A stretch of DNA of 20,000 nucleotides from Paramecium tetraurelia. Its lineage: Eukaryota. Numbering within the stretch: position 1 is the first letter of the stretch; every line of letters starts with the position of its first letter. This document shows positions 1 to 9,776 of this stretch, in pieces. The notes under the pieces are model-generated. The model searched no databases. It was given only the letters and a program-made list of their open reading frames with translations, and was not told the DNA's origin. The DNA is taken from NCBI GenBank assembly GCA_000165425.1, contig CT868055.1, positions 176,302 through 196,301 of the forward strand. Direction: 5' to 3'. Position numbers and translations under genes: made by a program.

Positions 1-1917
1 CCCCAATCTATCTTCATTATTAATAGAGAGTAATCAAGCAAGTAAGTATTTTTGAAGAATTCAGCATCTTTAATCAATTGGAATTTCACAAAATCACTTT
101 GTTGCTGTTCGATCTTGATCCACTTCTCTAAGTTGTCAAAATCGACATCCTTCAATGTGATTTTTGAGAGGTCAATGTCTTTGGGTTTCCCCTTGAGAGC
201 CTCCCTTGCAACTTCACTGCCCTTCATATCAAAGGTTCTCTTGATGAAAGGACGAGGTACTTGAGATATGTTCCTCATCAAGACCATGTGATAGATGATG
301 CCACAACTGGACGACAAGTAATTCATGTCATAGGAGAAGATCCCATAAATCTTATTGATGAGAGATTTCCTGTACTCACTCATATGATGGAAGTACTCTG
401 GCATTCGTTGTCTGAAGCTGTTCAATTCCCTGTCAGTAATAGTTTTGAGAATCCATTTGTTGTCATAACTGAAGAAGAAGAACTCCCCCGATTTGCCTCC
501 ATCCACATTGATCATATTTTCAATCAACTCAGCATTCTTTTCCAGCGAGAAGGAATCATAAGCATCGATGTCCAAGTTGTCAAATTTAAATAACTAAATT
601 TATATGGATAAGATTACATAGTAAAAATACTTGGGAGCCAAGGCAAACATCTTCGGATTCTTGCCCTTAGTGTGTTGGGTTTCCTTAACGTAAAAATTAA
701 ACTCCTTGTTCAGTGCTTAATTATTAAGTTTGTATTTGTCCAGAGTCCGTGCTATAGCTATTTGATCCTCACTCAGAGTTTCCCTTATGAGATGAGCATT
801 TAATGTGATATCATTATTGTATGTTGCCCTTGCCTAGATTATCAACTGCGAAGTTCTCTCAGCATCAGTCTCAGATCCATCCACATTCTCCTCCAATTGA
901 GAATCGTCTAAATACTCTTCAATGTTGTTGAAATACTAAATTATCCCTGCCAACACACTCCTAATTTGAAACATCCTTATGAACTTCTGCACTTCAATGA
1001 ATTGTGTGTCCACATCAACAATCTCAATCTCCTTCTTCGGTTGTGGATAAAATGCTTTATGAACCATGTTAACAATCTTACGCAACAGAGCAGGATTCTT
1101 TACTCTCTGATAGCATAGAATGCCAGAACCCAAAGTGTAAAAGAAACAGGTCGATATCAGCATCACTATGTCCAAATTCGCTGGTTTATATGACGGATGT
1201 TCACTCGTTTAGATAAAAGTGCTGAGCATGATCAGAAGAGATAGAACTATGGTCGAGATGATGTACATGACGTATCTGAAGAGCGACGACTTTTTGTTGG
1301 TTCTAAAAGTGTCGTCATTCGGTAAGTTCTAATAGAAGTACCATATTGTGTATAGTGCTGATATGATGTACACAAATTCAAATACGTAAAGAGCCAATGG
1401 CAAGTAGTTCCTTTCCAAGATTATCGTGTTGATGCAGCTGTCCACCACTGTCTTCGTTGCTCCTTTTTAGATTTCAGGCTGGAAAGCAAACAGAATCAAT
1501 GAAATACATAATGTGAACACTAAACAGAAGGAATGAAGGAACATCTTAAACTTCGCATTCGTTTTCAGCACGTTCGTGATCTCCTACCTAAAATAGCTTG
1601 GAGGATTACCTCATCGTGAAGCAGTATGCAAAATTGTATATAAATTAACCTAAAAACCCCAAGTTCTGTGTAAAATCAACCCACTTGCAATAAGACGACT
1701 CATTCAAGCTTTTCTCTGGATTACTCGGAGAATTAACATCAGGACTTGACATCATCCAATATATTGAAGTACTCAATTGGGAGATCCCCAAAGCAAACAC
1801 TATGTCTCCTGGAGATTTACGACCGACCTTCCATGCCAAATAAGTGAACACAATGAAAGAACTGCAAACCACATTCACACATGCAAAAGCAATTAGTGTA
1901 TAGAAATTCTAAGACAT
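1..1917 (-). CDS. GPCR-PIPK: N-terminal 7TM receptor domain fused to a phosphatidylinositol-phosphate kinase (PIP5K-type) domain; 3' end lies beyond the window edge
   Basis: ATG at 1917 (MSQNFYTLIAFACVNVVCSSFIVFTYLAW...). Frame is open with TAA/TAG=Gln and introns at 1588-1609 and 594-617. Seven hydrophobic segments, then IR(x)9GI, then PIPK motifs LAPKYF, GGKSGEFFFFSYDNKWILKTI, SLINKIYG, VLMRN, FDMKGS, LKDVDF, DAEFFKNTYLLDYSLLI. Confidence 0.92.
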
Positions 1918-1957
1918 ATCAATAATATTATTCAAAATTATAATCCCTTTACCACTT

Positions 1958-2943
1958 TCAACAATTTCTGAATGTTTCCGACACTTTTTCCATATCATCT
2001 GAATCCATATTCTGATCCCCCTTCTCAGTTGCATAATTTTACTGTTTGAAATGATCCAATCTCTTTCACTGATTCAACTTTCCCCCTTCCTTCTCATCTG
2101 AAGTGAGTGAATCCAACATCAATCTACCTTAGTCTATAAAATAAATCATAAATGGCCTGAAAATCCTTAAATAATTTCTTGTTTTTAGATTCACTTCAGA
2201 AATTTCTTAAACTGTTGCACTTAGTTGCAAAATCAAATTTTGACAGGTACTCGCCATCTTTTAATTACATCTACTACTAAATCGATTTTAATTGATTCTG
2301 TATAACTTTCTATTACCTAAGCTTGAATTTCAGTTGAATTTTCAGTCCAATGCTTTTTATTGATAAAAAACTCTATTCTCATGTATTATTATTTTCTTCA
2401 TCTAATTTGCTTAATCCAATCAGATTGATTTGAAACTTAATTTGCTATCTGAGATTCCCTAAAATCAAATCTAAATTTTAAGCACAACATTTTTGGATTT
2501 TTTGGAATTAGTTAAACTTTAGGAATCAGTGAAAGCATTAATTGATTCCATTCTTGACTATTAATCTAATACCTCATTAATATGCTAAAATCAAAATAGA
2601 ATTCCTAGTTCTTCCACGTTATTTTAATCATGTAATTAATATACTTATTCAAATCGATAATCCTTTATATAAGAGATAATTTCTTAATCCGCTATTAGAT
2701 TATCAGTATAATTCTCCTATACATTCTTCTCTTTTCTATCTGATTTATACCCAAAACTCCTCCTTTTTTGGTAATTTTTACATTATTTACATTAGGTAAA
2801 TTTCACTTTCAAAATTAATTCTGCCTTCAGTTCTTTATCACTCTTTACTTGTTTTTTACTAAACCTAATACATTTAAGTAATAGTCTTTTTCAAACTTTG
2901 CCTTGAAATTTAAAGGAAATTGTAGTTGAGGAGATTATTTGAT
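1958..2943 (-). pseudogene. Unresolved degenerate coding-like region (possible pseudogene of a hypothetical protein)
   Basis: Purine-rich on the minus strand with protein-like open stretches (e.g. RFSKKQVKSDKELKAELILKVKF...DQEIISYIKDYRFEQVYQLHDQNNVEEL). Every frame is broken by TGA. There is no clean ATG (ATC at 2943 where one might be expected), and intron-like stretches have non-GT donors. Boundaries are approximate. Confidence 0.35.
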
Positions 2944-2957
2944 TAATAAATTAATAA

Positions 2958-4517
2958 ATGTCTGGACAAAGACAAGAGATGGAATTGATTAAGCAAGGGT
3001 CAAAATTAGCTAAATCAAGCAAATAAGCATTGAAAAGAACAGGGACGATATTGTCTGATAAATCGAGTTCTTCTTTTGAGGATAGTAGAGTAACTTTGTT
3101 ACTATTTGAAAAATACCGAATCGTAGAGATGACCAGATTTTGTGTGATATTTGCATGCTAAATCTTAGCTATCCTATAGGTATACATCTAATCCTATTGT
3201 TTTCTCCTTTTCTAGTACGAAAGCTCGTTTCAGGATCAATTTGAATAGAACTTTGATAGCGAAACTACTCTGCTCCTTTACCTAATTTTCTTTTAAACCA
3301 TAGTTGCAAGTAAATTACCTATTTATCGTAGTCACTCTTACTTTAACCTCCTACCAAGTCCTATTAGCATACCAGAAGAAGGCTATGATTGTGACCCCAC
3401 AAGCCAGTCTTCTAGAATCCAATCTCATTTATGGACTCATAATAGAGGTGTTATTAATGATCCCTTCTCCCACTCCTTTTACTCAGAGGATCAAGGTTCC
3501 ATTTCATTAACGTTATACAGACGCCCCGCGCTATTATTACGTGAATGAAATTCTAACTTACCTTCTTACCTGTCGAGTGGCCTTGCTAATCAACATCGCA
3601 CTCAAATTTTAAGCATTTTACAGTAGCTAAATTGGCAGATTATGGTTTACTACTTTAATTCTATTTTTAGTCGTCTCTATTCCACAGATTTTGATACACA
3701 TTTGGTATTCAAAATATGCATGAAAGACATTCCTGGGTTTACTTTGATGGGCTTATTTTGTGCTGGAATGCTTCTATTTGGCTACAGCATGGAAATTGCA
3801 GAAAGAGCCCTTTTACGCGATGAAACCTCATTTACTAATTACAATGTCGGCCAGTCACTTTGGGTCACTCTCATTACAATTGCTACTGTTGGTTATGGTG
3901 ATTTCTATCCCACAACTGATTTAGGCAGGATTTCCATGGCTGTCTGTGTATTCTGGGGTGTTTCCAATACTTCACTCTTTACTGCTATGCTCTACTCGAT
4001 GTTGCAAGCAGAAACCAGCGAGGAATTGGTTTGGGCTTTGCTTGAAAAAGCAAACGTGAGGAATATCATGAAGGCTTTTAGTTAATATTTGTTTGTCAGA
4101 ATCCAGAAGCTCAAATTAAAGGCTTCAACTGAAAACAAGAATGATAAAAGCAACTACAAAGAATAAGTTGATTTGATTCAGGAAACTTTAAAAGCAATTA
4201 GTTAAATGAAAAGATAATACAGGGATATCGATGGGGAAGCCACCATGGTCATGGCAAAGAGGAAGTTCAAAGATATAAATAACATGTTTGAAGAACAAAT
4301 TTCTTATTTGAAGGAATCTAAACGACTGCAATTCCTCACAAACATCAATTTTTAATATTGCTATAAATCCAATGTTACTTCAGATTAGAAACATAAGCAA
4401 AGCTCCCCGCACATTCAAACTTATCAAACCGATGACAAGCAAAGTAAAGACGAAGCCTTTTTTGCCAATTTGTAAGACAATGAATCCAATCTCCTTTTGA
4501 TGGACTTTCGTGATTGA
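2958..4517 (+). CDS. Potassium channel, small-conductance Ca2+-activated (SK/KCNN)-like 6TM subunit
   Basis: ATG 2958 (MSGQRQEMELIKQG), introns 3180-3215, 3310-3331 and 3645-3670, TGA 4515-4517. Pore signature SLWVTLITIATVGYGDFYPTTDLGR. SK-like features include IIEVLLMIPSPTP, S5 LFGYSMEIAER and a helical C-terminal tail. Confidence 0.9.
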
Positions 4518-4736
4518 CTATATTTTATTAAAGAATTATGAAAAATATCTTATTTAAAATTAATTAGCTAATTTAATTATGACATTTAAGTTGTATCTAA
4601 ACAGCTTTCTGGTTCAGTTAGCATAATGTATTGAAATATAACTGCGATTTTATCGAATTAATATAGAAGTATGAAAATTCAATTATAATTTTGAATATAC
4701 AAAATTTGTTTATAAATTAAACCCAAATATTTTTAG

Positions 4737-6431
4737 TCAATATAATTAGTTTTTGATTCTGAGACTTTAAACATATTTATTGAGAAAATAATCAAAAAAC
4801 AACTTTTATTATGATAAATGCTATTGTATAATTAATTTTAACTATAAATTATGGATAAAGAAAGAATACGCAAATTTAATGATTTTGAATAATTAAATCA
4901 TCAGGATAATTGATATTTAATTTTCAATCAGTAATTAATGTTGTTTGAAGAATTTACAAAGCTGTTCCATAACTTATAGGTTGAGTGACTGAATTATTTA
5001 ATTTATGATTAATTCTAGAATTAAGATAATGTATAAATATAATTGTAAATCAAACATTTAGCAATTCTACTTTGTAATCAAGGGGAAGTTTTTAAACAAT
5101 TTCTTTATATCCTTAAAATTTTGCAAGTAAGCAATAGATGAAACGTATTTCATTGTCTTCTATGTCACAGCTTTTATTATTGTATGAATTTAATAATAAT
5201 AGCATAAACTCCCTATTTTCAGCCATAATTTATTAAGATGCATATTCTTTCTCAATCTCTAAATTATTCTTAAATTAATCCCATTAAAAATCAATGAAAT
5301 TTAGTATTACTTCATTCGTATAAATTCTCTTTATTACTCTCAGTCTTTTAGTTTTGGGATCGATGCTGGTGATTTGTGGACATATCCTGGCTTAGGCTAA
5401 ATTTTTAAAACAATTGGAAGTTGATTTTTGAATTAGTTAAATCGCTGATTTGGGCTTTTAAGATTGGTGAAAATTTATATTTATAGAGGAATTTATTGTT
5501 GAGAATAAATGATTCTAAGATGAAGAACAATTTATTGTTTATGACAATCTTTGTTTACGATACTGCATCAAAAGTTATTATAAATCATCAAATGTTAATC
5601 TCTCTTGAGGATTATATCTTATCATTTTTTAAATAGGATTGAGAAGCTCTTCACTAAAATGTTGTTAATTAATGTTGGATGGATTGATTTTAATTTGGTA
5701 TGGTACAGATTTGATAAGATTATGAAACTACATCACTTAATCATGAGTGCATTCAAACGGCAGTTTTCCACATATCAATCTTATTAATACCATGCCAAGC
5801 TTTAATAAAACAGAAAATTACAGAATAAATATCAGAAGCTTCTTAGTTTTGATTGCTCTAAATTTTAAGGAAGAGCTCATCCTTTGAAGACTTTGGAAAA
5901 ATCTCAGGAGCTATGTACCCAATATTTGTATTATTATTTGAAGTAGCATATGACACAATATCTCCTATCTTGTATTAACTTGTATGCTAAGATTTAATTA
6001 TAAAGATATTGTTTGTATTTATTTTTCCATGGAACATATTTTAATCATGCAAACATTTGTATCCTTTGAGAAATTCATTTAAAAATTCTTTTATCTGTGT
6101 CTCATTGAATTTTTGGCTTTGTTATTCCAAGTTCTCTTAACATTTTTCCATAATTATTAAATACACTTTTTAAAGAGGATCATATTCAATATAGTAAATT
6201 GGAACAAGATTTTGATTTTTACTGTTCTGAGTGATTTAGTAGATTTTCTTATAGTCTATCTCGTGTTCGTTCGAATAAGAAAACTCACAAGTAGATATGA
6301 ATTAATACTTTTGCATAAAGAGACTTTAGAAAACCTTCTCCTTTTGTGCAATTGAAAATATTAGTATAACTATCTTCGTAAATTGGATTGCCTTCAATGC
6401 TATAATCCTCCCCTCCGATTTTAAAGATCAT
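4737..6431 (-). CDS. Protein kinase-like protein, predicted pseudokinase, with a long C-terminal extension
   Basis: ATG 6431 (MIFKIGGEDYSIEG), introns 6284-6308 and 5800-5821. Subdomains LYAK, IIMEKC, LHDQNMFHGKINTNNIFI, YKIGDIV, GYIAPE, SDIYSLGMVL, GKLPF, PQERLTF. First in-frame TGA is at 5050-5052; a +1 frame stays open to TGA 4737-4739, so the 3' end is uncertain. Confidence 0.8.
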
Positions 6432-8402
6432 TTATTGAAAACAATTATTATTATGTTGATAGAATTTGAATTAAACTTATTTATATTCAATTAAATAACA
6501 ACAATATGTAGAAGCGAAGAACAATTAATCAATAACTAACCTTTTTCAACTTTTGGTAATCAAAATATCCTTCTCCTGACTTTGTTGTAAATTATTTATA
6601 ATTAATATATATCAATATCATTTTATTTCTTAACATAATCTTATCCGATAATAGATATGATGTTTTCACATTAAAAATAAAGATAGCTCTAAACTGAATT
6701 AAAAGAAAACCTTGATCACGACTTAAGATGAAACATAGAAATTAGGTGATGCAAGATTAATTTTTATTCAAGCAATTTTTTCAGCTTAAAATATTAAAGC
6801 AAACTTCTCAATAAAGGGATAGAAATTAGAATTAGGTATACACTTATCATAACAAATGCCTCAACAAGATAATAATCAATTGAATTTCAATTGAGCTTAT
6901 TTCTTAATCAATTTATCATATAATTGCAATGTTAAGCAACTAAGAAATAATTTGAGAAGACATAGACAATTAATTAATTAATAGATTTAATTCTTTTATT
7001 GAATTCACTCAGAGTAAAAAAAAAATTCTCTTTTTCACCATTCGAAAGTAATATTTGTAAGAAATTAACCTCTTTGAAGATTCATTAAGAAAGAACTTAA
7101 ATTAATGTTTCTTAAATGGTTAGGAAGTGATCACCCTTCATTTTTTATAAACTGACTAATTTTATATTAATCAACCATATATACTTTTTCTACATCTTCA
7201 GCTTCTTATTTTTTCTCTCTCATTCTTCTATATTTTTAATTTAGTTTTTACTCTCTGCTTTTAATGACTTTAGGTAAAGCAAATAACACATAAGGATTAC
7301 TAATATGATATTATTTAAGCCGTTTAGTTGAGTGTTCTTAAGAAATAAATCAGTTTGGTTCTCCGAGAATAGATCTTCTCATCTATATAAAAAATAATTT
7401 TGACTTAATATTTCTAATATTTGTTCATAATGGCAAGGATTTCATTTATATCAATAATTTACTACTTGAAAAGGTAATAAAATATAATTAAATTCAGATG
7501 AGATAATTTTTAAATATCAATAGGAAAAATGAGAATAGATAACTTCATTTATTAAGGCCCTACCAGGAACACTTGGGAATAAATTAAATATCATAATATG
7601 TTTAAATTAATTTAACAATATATTACTGACTTTTATTTTTTTCTTAGTTAAATGGCATTATGGCTCGTAGAAAAATTCTTCCTAAGTAATTTGAGAGATA
7701 TGTGATTCTATTTTATTGAACAAGGGATCATAATCAGAGTAGTGAAATATAATATACGACTCTTAGAATGCTAGAAACTTCTAAATTTTCTCAGATACAT
7801 ACTCTAAGGACATTTATACTACTATCAATGCTATTGATTAACTTAACTTTAGGAGGATATAATGTAAATATTGATGTTAAAACATATAATCTTTAATTCT
7901 ATTAAGTGAGAGATAAAATTATAAACCTGTAAAACTGAATAATTAATTCACATTTCCTTATCCTAAACCTTTAAGAATAAATATTTTTGAGTCAATCTAA
8001 ATTATGTGGAAATCGTTTAATCTCAATTCATGGCGTATTAGATAAATCCCTTAATTATACAAATGAACACTTAATTAAATCAAATTACATTATTAAGTTC
8101 TAAATTTATGGTAAAAATATAAAAGTTTTATCCTTTGTTAATAAGGGCGTCTACTTTGTTTAACTTAAGAATTTTAGTTATTAAGTATTAATCACAAGCT
8201 ATTATGTGACCATATTAACATAAACGAATGGCAACCAGTCTCATAATTCAAATAACTCATCCTTAAAATAAAACTATTTCTTAAATCTTTAGAAATCAAT
8301 TAAGGTACATTCAAGCAAATTAAAGTTATTCTTCATTTACTTAGTTAACTTGGTCATTTATTTTTCAAAGCGGCTTGGATCTTATTATTAAAAATTTGGA
8401 AT

Positions 8403-9776
8403 ATGATAAGAGGTCCATTATATTATCTAGCTCTATAACTGAATATATCAAACTGTCTTATTACATTTTAAACTGGGCTTGTCTCAACCTTTTATGTCTA
8501 TGCCACAAGCAATATATTATTTACTTCTTCAGCGCCTAATAGAGAGTTTAGTACCACAATCCATTTTTAACAAAGCTTTTCCAATGTGCCAGAAATCTTC
8601 ATAATGAATCAAGTCTACGATTTAAATATTGGAAGTGAGTAGGGCTTTTAGATGTATATCTTAGATATTACAGTGTCAAGTAAACTTTATTTTTAACTTT
8701 TCAGGTTTTGTAGTCAAAATCCTATTACCATATTCAGCAGTATATAATGGTATTGAATTCAGATACTACGCCTTTGATGACAAACGCAGAAAAGTGATAT
8801 CCAGGTTAAATTAGTTCAGCCCAGCCAATGGGATTATTAAAATAGCTCATCCCAATCCAAACTTCGTTGTTGGAATCTCATCAGTGATAAGTTTAGAATA
8901 TCAAAGTTCATTTAGTTATCATTTATATGTATTACCATTTTTCTATTATAGGTATCACAAGTTACAAGCACTGATTGTTCCATAACTATTTCAATATCGA
9001 ATACCATTACTTAGATTGGATATTAAGTACTGCTTGGCACCAAGGATGCATTTTATCTTTATGAGACTGTTTATGCTACTTCCATTCCCTCTTATGTAGG
9101 AGCATTCAACTTTGAATCAGGTTGGGAAGATTCTTAGTTACTAGCTGTTTATTAAGGAATTTCTTATCAACCACACACTACATTTAGATTAAGAATCAAT
9201 AGAAATAATGCTGTATTGACTTAAACAAATTATGATATAGAATTATGTATAATTTACTATAAATTACTAGGGGCTGGAAGCGTGTTGGAATCAGTTTATC
9301 ATAAATATGGTGGAATAAGAGCATAGTGGGATTCAGGATATTATTAAACTTTTTAACTTGTTAAATATTTTGTCTCAAGGAATTATGATAAAAATATAGC
9401 TAGTATATTAGACTCATTTGAATTTATAATTCCAGAACTGAATTTCTAAACTAAAATTGAAGGGACTTTTACCTTTGATATCAGTTTGTCAATCACTGAT
9501 TTTACATTAATCTTTAATAGGAAATGTGAACATGGAAAAAAACTAATCATGTAATTAATACCTAAAGATGATTGTTCTTCCACTTATTATGAATATTAAA
9601 TAAATTGTGAATCCAAATTTAATATTTGCAAATAAAAATTATACTTTTAAACTTAGACACCTCTAATCTCAAAATTGAAAATTGAAATTGTTTCTGACTT
9701 TTCATTTAAAATTCAACACAATTATATAGATTAAAATGAAAAATTTACATATATTGCTAATATCTAATATGTATGA
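8403..9776 (+). CDS. Probably secreted H-type-lectin-domain-like protein (ciliate multigene family)
   Basis: ATG 8403, introns 8680-8704, 8929-8951 and 9247-9270, tandem TGA TGA at 9774-9779, open frame throughout. The pattern TIHFQQSFSNVPEIFI...YDL...QGFQMYILDITVSSFVVKI...RYYAFDD resembles H-type lectin repeats. The family call is by motif recognition only. Confidence 0.75.

Noticed and set aside
1..6. CCCCAA telomere-like hexamer at the window start
   Set aside because: Single copy, lying inside the PIPK reading frame (D-W-G codons on minus).
52..593. ORF-track plus-strand ORFs 52-264 and 261-593
   Set aside because: Antisense shadows of the PIPK domain.
1918..2034. In-frame upstream ATG at 2034 that would add 39 aa to the GPCR-PIPK
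   Set aside because: The extension does not look like a signal peptide or ectodomain, and ATG 1917 follows a typical AT-rich leader. It cannot be fully excluded without TSS data.
1932..2400. Idea that TGA encodes Trp, since some TGA-broken frames read plausibly
   Set aside because: Intact genes use TGG for Trp, have no internal TGA and end in TGA. The TGAs here occur in all frames.
5605..5787. ORF-track plus ORF
   Set aside because: Antisense to the pseudokinase C-lobe.
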